DNA from: Wenzhouxiangellaceae bacterium
GTDB taxonomy: Bacteria > Pseudomonadota > Gammaproteobacteria > Xanthomonadales > Wenzhouxiangellaceae
Assembly (NCBI GenBank): GCA_032251235.1
Contig: JAVVET010000001.1
Span: forward strand, 20,918 to 84,917
Length of the DNA stretch: 64,000 nt
Reading direction: 5' to 3'
Made by a program: the position numbers and the translations under genes
The notes under the pieces: generated by a model
The model's database searches: none
What the model saw: the letters and a program-made list of their open reading frames with translations, nothing else
Told to the model about the DNA's origin: nothing
Shown here: in pieces, positions 18,952 to 28,248 of the stretch
Numbering within the stretch: position 1 is the first letter of the stretch
Layout of the letters: each line of letters starts with the position of its first letter

Positions 18952-19683
18952 TCATGTGAATCTCCCGATCGCATCGATCGGCACCTGCCCTTCGAGCAGC
19001 GCCCGGCCGACGATGCAGCCGTCCACACCGGTCGCCGCGACGCTTTCGATGTCGGCCTCCGAGCCGATGCCGCCGGAGGCCTGGATGCGCAGGTCCGGGT
19101 AGCGTGGCCGCAGCATTTGGTAAAGCTTGATGCCGGCGCCGCCGAGCATGCCGTCGCGGGCGATGTCGGTGCACAGCAGATGCGCGAGGCCGGCGCCGGT
19201 CAGCTGATCGAGCAGCGCGAACAGATCCTGCTCACCGGCCTCGGTCCAGCCCGAGGCCTGCGGAATCCAGCGGCCCTGGCGGTCGGGCTTGACGTCGAGC
19301 CCGGCGACGATGCGCTCGGGTCCGAACGTCGAAAGCCAGTCGCAGACCTGCTGCGGCTGCTTGACACAGACGCTGCCGATGACCACGCGCGCTGCGCCGG
19401 CGTCCAGTCTCGCCTCGACATCGCGGCGTTCGCGCACGCCGCCACCGGTCTGTACCGGAATGTCCAGCGCCGAGCAGACCCGGCCGATGGACTCGAGGTT
19501 GCCGTCGCCGCCGTCGAGCGCGGAATCGAGATCGACGATGTGCAGCGATTGGGCGCCGGCATCCTGGTACAGGCGGGCCTGGGCCAGCGCGCTTTCGCGA
19601 TAACGCGTTTCGCGATCGTAATCGCCCTGCTGCAGGCGCACGACGCGTCCGTGGCGAAGATCGATGGCCGGGATGATCAGCAT
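18952..19683 (-). CDS. hisA: ProFAR isomerase (1-(5-phosphoribosyl)-5-[(5-phosphoribosylamino)methylideneamino]imidazole-4-carboxamide isomerase).
   Basis: The sequence MLIIPAIDLRHGRVVRLQQGDY and the position in the his operon support the call. Confidence 0.92.
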   Translation of the reverse strand: MLIIPAIDLRHGRVVRLQQGDYDRETRYRESALAQARLYQDAGAQSLHIVDLDSALDGGDGNLESIGRVCSALDIPVQTGGGVRERRDVEARLDAGAARVVIGSVCVKQPQQVCDWLSTFGPERIVAGLDVKPDRQGRWIPQASGWTEAGEQDLFALLDQLTGAGLAHLLCTDIARDGMLGGAGIKLYQMLRPRYPDLRIQASGGIGSEADIESVAATGVDGCIVGRALLEGQVPIDAIGRFT

Positions 19684-19756
19684 CGGCCGGCCTTATTGAT
19701 GCGGGCCGAAGCCGTTGCGTGGCGCCTGAATTGGCGCGGATGGATCATCATGGGTT

Positions 19757-20347
19757 TCATGCGGAGTCCAGAAAGTTGTGCAACAGTCGCGCCCCGGGCG
19801 CGGCGGATTTTTCGGGGTGAAACTGGCAGGCGGCAAAGTTGCCGCGGCGCACCACGGCGGCGAATTCGCGCCCGTGTTCGCTGGTGGCCACGGCGGCCTT
19901 GACCGGGGCGGCATAGCGGTGCACGAAATAAAACCATTCGCTGCCCGTCAGGCCTGAAGACAGCGGGTCGTCGGTGGTCCATTCGAGTTGGTTCCAGCCC
20001 ATGTGCGGCAGGCGCAGGCCGGGGCTGTCGGGCAGCCGCTCGACGCATCCGGGGATCAATCCCAGGCATTCCACGTCGCCTTCGGCTGACGATTCGAACA
20101 GCAGCTGCAAGCCCAGGCAGATGCCGAGCACGGGCTGGGTCAGGCCGCGGATGACATCGACCAGGCCGTGCTCGCGCAGGGCATTCATCGATGTGGCCGC
20201 GGCGCCGACACCGGGCAGGATGACGTGCGATGCGCGTCGGATGGCCTCGGCATCGCGGGTCAGCACGCTGTCGCCTTCCAGGCGTCGCAAAGCCTGGATA
20301 ACCGAGCCGAGGTTGGCGCCGCCGGAGTTGATGACCGCGATGGTCAT
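19757..20347 (-). CDS. hisH: Imidazole glycerol phosphate synthase, glutamine amidotransferase subunit.
   Basis: MTIAVINSGGANLGSV, GICLGLQLL (catalytic Cys) and FHPEKS are present. The ATG at 20347 is preferred because the longer ORF to 20905 is an out-of-context extension into hisB. Confidence 0.9.
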   Translation of the reverse strand: MTIAVINSGGANLGSVIQALRRLEGDSVLTRDAEAIRRASHVILPGVGAAATSMNALREHGLVDVIRGLTQPVLGICLGLQLLFESSAEGDVECLGLIPGCVERLPDSPGLRLPHMGWNQLEWTTDDPLSSGLTGSEWFYFVHRYAAPVKAAVATSEHGREFAAVVRRGNFAACQFHPEKSAAPGARLLHNFLDSA

Positions 20348-20402
20348 GCGGCCAATCCCGTGATTCGAATCGCACCCGACGGGTCCATCGAGGCCGGGTG
20401 CA

Positions 20403-21479
20403 TCACAACAGGCCCTTGGTCGACGGCATGCCGCCCTGGCCACGCGCCAGCGCCGGCCGCAACGCCCGGCCAACGCCCTTGAAGCAGGCCTCGACCAGGT
20501 GGTGGGTGTTGTCGCCGGAAAGCTCGATATGAATCGCACAGCGCAGTTTTTGCGCCAGCGAGGCAAAGAAATGCGGCACCATCTCGGTGTGCAGCCCGCC
20601 GACCGATTCGCGCGGAAACTCGCCGTTGAGCACGAACACCGGGCGGCCCGAAAGATCGATGGCGACCTGGGCCAGCGATTCGTCCATCGGCAACACGAAG
20701 CCGTAGCGGCCGATCCCGACGCGGTCGCCGAGCGCGCGATCGAGCGCCTCGCCCAGCGCCAGCGCACAATCCTCGACGGTGTGGTGTTCGTCGATATGCA
20801 GGTCGCCGTCGCAGTGCAGGTCCAGGCTGAAACCGCCGTGGGCGGCCAGCTGATCGAGCATGTGGTCGAAAAAACCGATGCCGGTGCGGTTGTGGATGGG
20901 CGCATCGGCGTCGAGCTTGACCTCGACCGTGATCGAGGTCTCGGCGGTCTTGCGCTCGACCACGGCCCGGCGGGGCCGATCGATCAGCGCGGCGGCGACC
21001 TGCGGCCACTGCATGCCTTCGGGCCCGACTCTGATGGACCTGAGCCCCATGTTGGCGGCCAGCTGCAGGTCGGTCTCGCGATCGCCGATCACGGCCGATT
21101 GCTCGCGATCGAGATCCGGGTCGCGCAGGTATTCAAGCAGCATGCCGATGCCGGGCTTGCGGGTCGGCAGATTCTGGGCCGGCAGGCTCGGGTCGATGTG
21201 AACGGCATCGAAGCCAATGCCCTGGGAGGCCAGGATGTTGATCAGCAACTCGTGCGGCCCCTCGAACTGTTCCTGCGGGAACGAGTCGGTGCCCAGACCG
21301 TCCTGGTTGCTGACCATGACGAAACGGTAGCCGGCCGCTTGCAGGCGCAGCAAGGCCGGAATGACGCCCGGCATCAGCCTGAACTTCTCGAACGAATCGA
21401 CCTGCTCGTCGGGCGGCTCCTCGATCAAGCAGCCGTCGCGGTCGATGAACAGGATCTTGCGATAGCTCATGGGCTCCAC
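20403..21479 (-). CDS. hisB: Bifunctional histidinol-phosphatase / imidazoleglycerol-phosphate dehydratase.
   Basis: The N-terminal HAD domain has FIDRDGCLIEEP. The C-terminal IGPD motifs are GIGFFDHMLDQLAAHGG and HHTVEDCALALG. Confidence 0.92.
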   Translation of the reverse strand: MEPMSYRKILFIDRDGCLIEEPPDEQVDSFEKFRLMPGVIPALLRLQAAGYRFVMVSNQDGLGTDSFPQEQFEGPHELLINILASQGIGFDAVHIDPSLPAQNLPTRKPGIGMLLEYLRDPDLDREQSAVIGDRETDLQLAANMGLRSIRVGPEGMQWPQVAAALIDRPRRAVVERKTAETSITVEVKLDADAPIHNRTGIGFFDHMLDQLAAHGGFSLDLHCDGDLHIDEHHTVEDCALALGEALDRALGDRVGIGRYGFVLPMDESLAQVAIDLSGRPVFVLNGEFPRESVGGLHTEMVPHFFASLAQKLRCAIHIELSGDNTHHLVEACFKGVGRALRPALARGQGGMPSTKGLL

Positions 21480-22552
21480 CGTTGCATGAATTCGATCAGC
21501 GCATCGTTTTCCGCCGGCGCACCGACGGTAATGCGCACGCAGTCCGCCAGGCCCGGCTGGGCCGACTGGTCGCGCAGACGAATGCCGGCGGCGGCCGCAT
21601 CGGCAACCAGCTGCGGGCCGTCGGCGGCGCGCACCAGCACGAAGTTTGCGGCACCGCTCCAGACCCGCTCGATGCCCGCGTGCCGGTCCAGCGCTTCGGC
21701 CAGTCGCGCGCGCTCGGTCGCCAGCGTTTGCAGATGCTCGCGCTCGACGGCCAGCGCCTCGGGCTCGAGTGCCTGCATCGCGATCGCGACGGTCGGGGTC
21801 GGCAGCGGATACGGCGCGATGATTCGGCGCAGCAGGCCGATGATGGACGGGTGCGCGATGACGCAGCCCAGCCGGCAGCCGGCCAGCGCATGCGCCTTGG
21901 ACAGCGTGCGCAGCAGCACCAGGTTGGGGTGCTCGGCCAGCAGGTCCATCATCGAGGTTTCAGGTGCGAATTCGACGTAGGCCTCGTCGACGACCACCAG
22001 CCCGAGATCGATTTGCGAGCGGGCCAGCGACGCGACGGTTTCGTGGGCAATGATATTGCCGGTGGGGTTGTTCGGCGAGCACAGGAAACTGATCCGGCAG
22101 CCGCGCGCTCTTTGCTCAAAATCCGGCGCCAGCTCGAAAAAATGGCCGCGATCGACCAGCGGCGCCTCGATGATCGATGCGCCCTGGACGGTGGCCGACA
22201 GCGCGTACATGCCGAAGCAGGGTGGGCAGATCAGCACCCGGTCGACGCCGGCACGGCAGAACACCCGCAGCAGCAGGTCGATGCCCTCGTCGCTGCCGCG
22301 CGTGAGCAGCAGATTGTCCGCGCCGGTGCCGTAGAGTTCGGCCAGTCGCTGCTTCAGCGCCGCCGGCTGCGGGTCCGGGTAGCGGTTCAGCGCCAGGCCC
22401 GGGTCGCCGGCCGGTGGCCAGGGGCTCTCGTTGGCATTGAGCAAAATGCCCGCCGTGCCGGCCAGCGCGCGCGCCGACGCATACGGCTGCAACGCCAGGA
22501 TTTCGGGCCGTGCCAGTTTTTCCAGGTCCGGCGCGCTGATCGGGTCACTCAT
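21467..22552 (-). CDS. hisC: Histidinol-phosphate aminotransferase.
   Basis: It has class-II aminotransferase motifs (LNANESPW, SPNNPTG, RTLSKAHALAGCRLG). The alternative start is at 22585. Confidence 0.9.
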   Translation of the reverse strand: MSDPISAPDLEKLARPEILALQPYASARALAGTAGILLNANESPWPPAGDPGLALNRYPDPQPAALKQRLAELYGTGADNLLLTRGSDEGIDLLLRVFCRAGVDRVLICPPCFGMYALSATVQGASIIEAPLVDRGHFFELAPDFEQRARGCRISFLCSPNNPTGNIIAHETVASLARSQIDLGLVVVDEAYVEFAPETSMMDLLAEHPNLVLLRTLSKAHALAGCRLGCVIAHPSIIGLLRRIIAPYPLPTPTVAIAMQALEPEALAVEREHLQTLATERARLAEALDRHAGIERVWSGAANFVLVRAADGPQLVADAAAAGIRLRDQSAQPGLADCVRITVGAPAENDALIEFMQRWSP

Positions 22553-23864
22553 GGCCGTTTGCTTCTTTTGCCGTGTTGCCTGCACCTTGCGAGAGCCGCA
22601 GCTCGATTGCCAGCCGGTGTGCGTCCAGGCCTTCGTGCGCGGCCAGCTGCGCGCCGGCCGGTCCGAGTTCGCGCAAGCCCGCCGCGCTGGCGCTCTGCAC
22701 GGTCATGCGGCGCATGAAGTCGGTCACGGCCAGGCCGCTGGTGGTGCGCGCCCAGCCGCCGGTCGGCAGCGTGTGGTTGGTGCCCGAAACATAGTCACCC
22801 AGCGATTCGGGCGTAAAGTGGCCGACGAACACCGAGCCTGCGGTGGTGATGCGCGCGGCCACCGCTTCGGCCTCGATGGTCTGGATCATCAGGTGCTCCG
22901 GGGCGTAGCGCTGGCTGACCTCGATCGCGGTATCGAGATCGTCGACCAGCACGATGGCTGCATGTTCGAGTGCTTTTGCGGTTGTTTCGGCGCGCGATAA
23001 GGACTTGAGCAGGGTTTTGATCTCGACCGTCACGGCCTCGGCCAGGCGCGCCGAATCGGTCACCAGCAGCACCTGTGAATCCGGTCCGTGTTCGGCCTGG
23101 CTGAGCAGGTCGATGGCCACCCATTGTGGCCTGGCCGAGTCGTCGGCGATCACCAGTACTTCCGACGGACCGGCCGGCAGGTCCTGCGCGGCACCTTCTA
23201 CATCGGCCGCAACCTGGCGCTTGGCTTCGGCGACAAAGCGGTTGCCGGGGCCAAACAGCTTGGTGCAGGCAGGAACGCTTTCGCTGCCGTAGGCCATGGC
23301 GGCCACGGCCTGTGCGCCGCCGGCGATCAGCACTTTGGCCAGGCCGAGTTTTCGCGCTACGGCCAGGACCGCATCGTCGGCCCGCCCGGCCCGATTGGGC
23401 GGTGTGGCCATGACGATTTCGCGGCAGCCGGCCAGCAGAGCCGGAACCAGCAGCATGATCGCCGTCGACGGCAACGGTGCGCTGCCGGCCGGCACGTACA
23501 GCCCGACCGGGCTCAGCGCGAGGTGCCGCATGCGACAAGCCACGCCCGGCGCGGTTTCAACCGCGTAGTCGGCCGGGATGCCGGCGGCGTGGAATGCGCG
23601 CACGGTTTCGATGGCCCGGTCGATGGCTCGATCGGTTTCGGGATTCAGCGCGGCGTGGTCGGCACTGTCCTGCCAAAGCGACGGCGCTTCGATGCCGTCG
23701 AAGCGCCGGGTGTATTCGGCCACGGCCGAATCGCCGCGCTGGCGCACGCCGGCGATGATGTCGGCGACGATGCGCTCGAGTTCCGCGCCGGATTCCATGC
23801 GCGGCCGGGCCAGCAGTTCAAGCCTTGCGGCCGGATCGAGAGTATTCCAGTCGACGGTCTTCAT
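22545..23864 (-). CDS. hisD: Histidinol dehydrogenase.
   Basis: MKTVDWNTLDPAARLELLARP... and SQAEHGPDSQ are HisD motifs. The upstream 160 codons of the ORF are Arg/Pro-rich shadow sequence inside hisG. Confidence 0.9.
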   Translation of the reverse strand: MKTVDWNTLDPAARLELLARPRMESGAELERIVADIIAGVRQRGDSAVAEYTRRFDGIEAPSLWQDSADHAALNPETDRAIDRAIETVRAFHAAGIPADYAVETAPGVACRMRHLALSPVGLYVPAGSAPLPSTAIMLLVPALLAGCREIVMATPPNRAGRADDAVLAVARKLGLAKVLIAGGAQAVAAMAYGSESVPACTKLFGPGNRFVAEAKRQVAADVEGAAQDLPAGPSEVLVIADDSARPQWVAIDLLSQAEHGPDSQVLLVTDSARLAEAVTVEIKTLLKSLSRAETTAKALEHAAIVLVDDLDTAIEVSQRYAPEHLMIQTIEAEAVAARITTAGSVFVGHFTPESLGDYVSGTNHTLPTGGWARTTSGLAVTDFMRRMTVQSASAAGLRELGPAGAQLAAHEGLDAHRLAIELRLSQGAGNTAKEANGHE

Positions 23865-24763
23865 GCCAGCATCTTCTCGACCGGCAGGACCAGGATGGCC
23901 GAGGCGCCGGCGCTTTTCAATTCTTCCAGGTGCTCCCAGAACACCTGTTCGGTGCACAGCGCGTGCACCGCGACGCGGTTGGGCTGGCCTTCCAGCGGCA
24001 GCACGGTCGGCGACTCGGCGCCGGGCAGGATCTCGCTGATTCGCTGCAGCCGGTCGCGCGGCGCGTGCAGCATCACGTACTTGGTTTCGGCTGCGCGCTC
24101 GACGCCGAGGATGCGCTGGACCAGCTTGTCGAGCAGAACCTGGCGTTGTGCCGGCAGCTCGGAGTTGCCGCGGTAGACGGCGGCCTGGCTTTCGAGCACC
24201 GTGGCGACGGCCTTGAGGTGATTGGCCCGCAGCGTCGTGCCGGCCGAGACCAGGTCGACGATGGCGTCGGCCGTGCCCAGGCTGGGCGCGATTTCGACGG
24301 CCCCGTTGAGCAGGACGATATCGGCCTCCACGCCGTGATCGTGCAGCCAACGTCGCGTAAGGTGCGGGTAACTGGTGGCAATGCGCTGGCCTGCCAGCTG
24401 TTCCGGGCCGCTGTATTCAACGTTTTCCGGCAGCGCCAGCATCAGGCGGCAATGGCCGAAGCCCAGCGTCGCCAGGTTGTCCAGATCGGCGTCGGGCCGG
24501 CGCTTGCGGGCTTCGAGTATCTTTTCGGCGGCCACGTTCTGGCCGACCAGACCCAGCTCGCAAACCCCTTCCAGCAGCAGCCGCGGGATGTCATCGTCGC
24601 GCACCAGCAACAAGTCCACCGGCAGGTTGCGGCCGTACCAGAACAGCTTGTCCTTGCTGCGCGCAAACTGCAGGCCCGAGTTTTCCAGCAGCTTCAGCGA
24701 GGCCTCGGATAGCCGGCCCGATTTCTGGATCGCGATCTTGATGCGGGTTTCAGCTTCGGTCAT
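23861..24763 (-). CDS. hisG: ATP phosphoribosyltransferase (long form).
   Basis: IAIQKSGRLSE, the 300-aa length and an ATGA overlap with hisD support the call. Confidence 0.92.
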   Translation of the reverse strand: MTEAETRIKIAIQKSGRLSEASLKLLENSGLQFARSKDKLFWYGRNLPVDLLLVRDDDIPRLLLEGVCELGLVGQNVAAEKILEARKRRPDADLDNLATLGFGHCRLMLALPENVEYSGPEQLAGQRIATSYPHLTRRWLHDHGVEADIVLLNGAVEIAPSLGTADAIVDLVSAGTTLRANHLKAVATVLESQAAVYRGNSELPAQRQVLLDKLVQRILGVERAAETKYVMLHAPRDRLQRISEILPGAESPTVLPLEGQPNRVAVHALCTEQVFWEHLEELKSAGASAILVLPVEKMLA

Positions 24764-25077
24764 GTTTCCTGTTCTCCTTGCAGGCGCTCGAGCGCCAGGC
24801 GATAGCCGCCGTTGCCCATTTCCAGAAAGCGGGCCACGCGGCCCACGGTCGTGACGCTGACCCCGGTGCGGTCATGAATTTCGCGGTACGGAAGCCCGGC
24901 ATCGAGCAGCTGGACCACGCGCCAGCGGTCGACCAGCGCTTCGAGCTCGGCCGGTGTGGTCAGGTCCTTGAGCAGCGAACGGCATTCGTCAGCCGACTGC
25001 ATGGCCATGAAGGCCTCGGCCAGGTTGTTGCGGCCGGCCCGATTGGCCTTGAGGTGCTGTTCGTCGAGATGCTTCAC
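24760..25077 (-). CDS. YerC/YecD-family TrpR-like DNA-binding protein; first gene of the his operon.
   Basis: TPAELEALVDRWRVVQLLDAGLPYREIHDRTGVSVTTVGRVARFLEMGNGGY matches the Trp-repressor-like YerC/YecD family. It has an ATGA overlap with hisG and an apparent GTG start. Confidence 0.7.
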   Translation of the reverse strand: MKHLDEQHLKANRAGRNNLAEAFMAMQSADECRSLLKDLTTPAELEALVDRWRVVQLLDAGLPYREIHDRTGVSVTTVGRVARFLEMGNGGYRLALERLQGEQET

Positions 25078-25100
25078 CAGGAATCAATTAATGTATTAAT

Positions 25101-25118
25101 GTGATAATACGTTATCAC
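25101..25118. promoter_or_regulatory. Palindrome GTGATAA-TACG-TTATCAC in an AT-rich stretch immediately upstream of the yerC-like/his operon. Operator candidate.
   Basis: Read directly. It is preceded by the tandem ATTAATGT ATTAATGT (25088-25103) and lies 24-41 bp upstream of the GTG start at 25077. Confidence 0.45.
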
Positions 25119-25255
25119 AAAGTTGTGAAGGGGTCAATGAACAATCGAACCGGCCCGGCCCGGCAACTTTGTCGGGTATCGATGAACCGGTCGGTCTTTG
25201 AAGCGCCGTGCGACGCGAAAAATGGCGTGAGCCGGTCAATACCCCGCCATTGCGA

Positions 25256-25284
25256 TTGCCAGCAGGCTTCGCTGCGCTTAGAAT
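25256..25284 (+). promoter_or_regulatory. Candidate sigma-70 promoter for hppA (TTGCCA-N17-TAGAAT).
   Basis: The hexamers and a 17-nt spacer were read directly. The site is about 165 nt upstream of the hppA ATG. Confidence 0.35.
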
Positions 25285-25448
25285 GGTCGGGTTTTGCGAA
25301 GCTGTGAATCGCGTGGCCTGCACATCGGGCGCAATCCGGGTCCTTGATGACGCCTGGATGGCCCGGTCGACTCTCAACCAGAGCCGGCCGCGCGCGTTGC
25401 ACTCGAATTTTTCAACCCATCCAGATACCAATTTTTCAGGGAGACAAA

Positions 25449-27473
25449 ATGGACCAGAGTCTGATTCCGCCGCTGCTCGGCATCGTCGGCTTGATCGCTG
25501 CTTTCGTGGTTTACCGCGCAATGATGCGCTACCCGGTCATGGAAGGAAAGCCGACCGAAATCGCCAAGCTGATTCAGGACGGCGCGATGGCGTTCATGCG
25601 CCGCGAACTGATCATGATTGGCGGCTCGGTTGCCGTTTTGTTCCTGGCCCTGGCCTTTTCCGGCCTCGGGATTCAGACCGCCATTTCGTTCCTGGTCGGC
25701 GCGTTTACGTCGGCACTGGCCGGATTCCTGGGCATGATCGCAGCCACCCGGGCCAACGTCCGCACGACCACGGCGGCACATAATTACGGCACCGATCGCG
25801 CGCTGACCGTGGCATTTTACGGCGGCTCCGTGATGGGCCTGGTGCTGGCCTCGCTGGGTCTTCTGGGCCTGGGCACGCTGTACCTGTTTTTCGGCACCGA
25901 TCCGTCGACGGCGCATCAAATCCATGGCTTCGGCATGGGCGCCGGCGTGGTCGCGCTGTTCTATCGTGTGGGTGGCGGCATCTTCACCAAGTCTGCCGAC
26001 GTCGGCGCCGACCTGGTTGGCAAGATCGAAGCCGGCATTCCCGAGGACGACCCGCGCAACCCGGGCGTGATCGCCGATAACGTCGGCGACAACGTCGGTG
26101 ATGTCGCCGGCATGGGCTCGGATATTTTCGAATCCTACTGCGGCGCGATGATCGCGACCGTGGCCTTGGCAACCGTCATGGTCCAGGCCGCCGGTGCCAC
26201 CGGCATGGTGCCGGGCATGGGTCCGGACAGCGCCTTGATGGGCCTGCCGCTGCTGCTTTCGTCGCTGGGCCTGGTCTGCTCGATCGCCGCCATCGGCCTG
26301 GTTCGCATGTCGGTCAGCCGCAGCCCCGAGGTCGCGCTTCGCATCGGCACGATCTCCGCGGCCACCGCGTTCGTGATCCTGGCCTTCTTCCTGATCCGCT
26401 GGCTGGATGTTCAGAACGGTGTCTGGGTGTCCACGATCGTGGGTGCCGTCGGCGGCGTGATCATCGGGCTTTCGACCGAGTACTACACGGCTGGCAAGCC
26501 GGTCCGCGACATCGCCAAAGCCGGCGGCACCGGCGCGGCCACGGTGATTATTTCCGGGCTCGCCATCGGCATGCAGTCGGTCGTCATCCCGATTCTGACC
26601 ATCTGCCTGATGATTTTCGTCGCCAACGGCCAGGCTGATCTCTACGGCGTTGGCATCGCGGCGGTCTCGATGCTGGCCACGGTCGGCATGACCATGGCCA
26701 TCGACGCCTACGGCCCGGTGGCCGACAATGCCGGCGGCATCGCCGAAATGGCCGGACTGGGCGAAGACACGCGCAAGATCACCGACTCGCTGGACGAGCT
26801 CGGCAACACCACGGCGGCCATCGGCAAGGGTTTTGCCATTGGTGCCGCGGCGCTGGCGGCGCTGACCATTATCAGCGCCTATATCGCCGAGGTCAGCCAC
26901 CGGCTGGACGGGTTCACGCTTGCGATTTCCGATCCGAATGTCCTGATCGGCATGTTCCTCGGCGGCTTGTTCCCGTTCCTGGTCGCGTCGATCACGATGA
27001 CCGCGGTCGGCGATGCGGCGTTTGAAATGATCGAGGAAATCCGGCGCCAGTTCAAGGAAATCCCGGGTCTGCTCGAAGGCAAGGCCGAACCCGATGCGGC
27101 CCGTTGCGTCGACATCGCCACGACCTCGGCGATCAAGCGCATGCTGTTTCCCGCGGCACTGGCGGTGCTTGGCCCGGTCGTGGTCGGCTTCGGCCTGGGC
27201 GCCGAGGCGCTGGGCGGCATGCTCGGTGGCGCATTGATTGCCGCGGTGCTGCTGGCGCTGACCATGGCCAATGCCGGTGGCGCCTGGGACAACGCCAAGA
27301 AATATGTCGAAAAGGGCAATTTCGGTGGCAAGGGATCGGACACGCATACGGCCAATGTCGTTGGCGATACGGTCGGCGACCCGCTCAAGGACACCTCGGG
27401 TCCGTCGATGAATATCCTGATCAACGTCATGGCGATCGTCAGCCTGGTGATTGCGCCGTTGTTGTCCCGCTGA
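25449..27473 (+). CDS. hppA: Membrane-bound proton/sodium-translocating pyrophosphatase.
   Basis: [53 protein letters not shown] and [17 protein letters not shown] are canonical H+-PPase motifs. The ATG at 25449 follows GGGAGA. Confidence 0.93.
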   Translation: MDQSLIPPLLGIVGLIAAFVVYRAMMRYPVMEGKPTEIAKLIQDGAMAFMRRELIMIGGSVAVLFLALAFSGLGIQTAISFLVGAFTSALAGFLGMIAATRANVRTTTAAHNYGTDRALTVAFYGGSVMGLVLASLGLLGLGTLYLFFGTDPSTAHQIHGFGMGAGVVALFYRVGGGIFTKSADVGADLVGKIEAGIPEDDPRNPGVIADNVGDNVGDVAGMGSDIFESYCGAMIATVALATVMVQAAGATGMVPGMGPDSALMGLPLLLSSLGLVCSIAAIGLVRMSVSRSPEVALRIGTISAATAFVILAFFLIRWLDVQNGVWVSTIVGAVGGVIIGLSTEYYTAGKPVRDIAKAGGTGAATVIISGLAIGMQSVVIPILTICLMIFVANGQADLYGVGIAAVSMLATVGMTMAIDAYGPVADNAGGIAEMAGLGEDTRKITDSLDELGNTTAAIGKGFAIGAAALAALTIISAYIAEVSHRLDGFTLAISDPNVLIGMFLGGLFPFLVASITMTAVGDAAFEMIEEIRRQFKEIPGLLEGKAEPDAARCVDIATTSAIKRMLFPAALAVLGPVVVGFGLGAEALGGMLGGALIAAVLLALTMANAGGAWDNAKKYVEKGNFGGKGSDTHTANVVGDTVGDPLKDTSGPSMNILINVMAIVSLVIAPLLSR

Positions 27474-27551
27474 CGATCGGCAAGCCTCCGGCATGAACCG
27501 GAGGCTTGTTGGTGGTCGCCTGTGCGATCATGATCGCAAAATCGCAGTCAT

Positions 27552-27582
27552 AAAAAAACGCGGCCCCGGGCCGCGTTTTTTT
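27552..27582. terminator. Bidirectional rho-independent terminator (A7 - GC hairpin - T7) shared by hppA and the convergent tetR gene.
   Basis: The sequence aaaaaaaCGCGGCCccgGGCCGCGttttttt was read directly. Confidence 0.8.
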
Positions 27583-27614
27583 AAGAGCGAACATTGCTGC
27601 GGCCAGGCTGGTTG

Positions 27615-28208
27615 TCAACGAACCGAGATCAGCATGTCGATGGCGTGGCGAACGTAGGCTTCGAACTCGTCGCTGCCGCGTTCCGGCGCCATGCCGCGGG
27701 ACTGCAGCTGGATGTAGCCGATGTAGCTGGTGTAAGTCAGGCGTGCACGGTGGCGTGCCGATTCCTGCTCGAGGCCGAGCTCGCGAAAGGCCTTGGCCAG
27801 GTACTCCAGGCGCCGATGCGTGATGCGCTCGATGACCGGCTTGACGCGCGGATGGTCGCTGGCCGCGCATAATGCCGCGTGAATCCGGTGGCTGGTGTTT
27901 TGCCGGCTGGTGCGAAGAATGAACTCGCCGAGTCGTTCGGCGGCCGGCTGGCTGGAATCGAGCGAACGCGACAGGTGTTCAATGTCGCGGCTTTCCCATC
28001 GTTTCAAGGCCTGGGCAAGCAGTTCGTCGCGGCCGGCAAAGTGCCAGTAGAAACTGCCCTTGGTGATGCCCAGGCGCCGCGCGAGCGGTTCGATTGCCAG
28101 TGCCGCGACGCCTTTTTCGGCAATCAGTTCCAGCGCCGCCTGCTCCCAGTCGGCCGCCGACAGCGTGGTTTTCTCGACCGGAGAGGGAATGGGGTTAACA
28201 GCGCTCAT
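27615..28208 (-). CDS. TetR/AcrR-family transcriptional regulator.
   Basis: It has an N-terminal HTH (AALELIAEKGVAALAIEPLARRLGITKGSFYWHF) and lies 40 bp downstream of plsB on the same strand. Confidence 0.8.
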   Translation of the reverse strand: MSAVNPIPSPVEKTTLSAADWEQAALELIAEKGVAALAIEPLARRLGITKGSFYWHFAGRDELLAQALKRWESRDIEHLSRSLDSSQPAAERLGEFILRTSRQNTSHRIHAALCAASDHPRVKPVIERITHRRLEYLAKAFRELGLEQESARHRARLTYTSYIGYIQLQSRGMAPERGSDEFEAYVRHAIDMLISVR

Positions 28209-28248
28209 TGACCACATTCTACCAGCGCAAATCGGGCGCAAGCGGAAC

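Noticed and set aside
25374-27494. A 706-aa ORF antisense to hppA.
   Set aside because: It is a shadow ORF. The plus strand encodes a textbook H+-PPase. The antisense product is Arg/Gly/Asp/His-rich low-complexity sequence.
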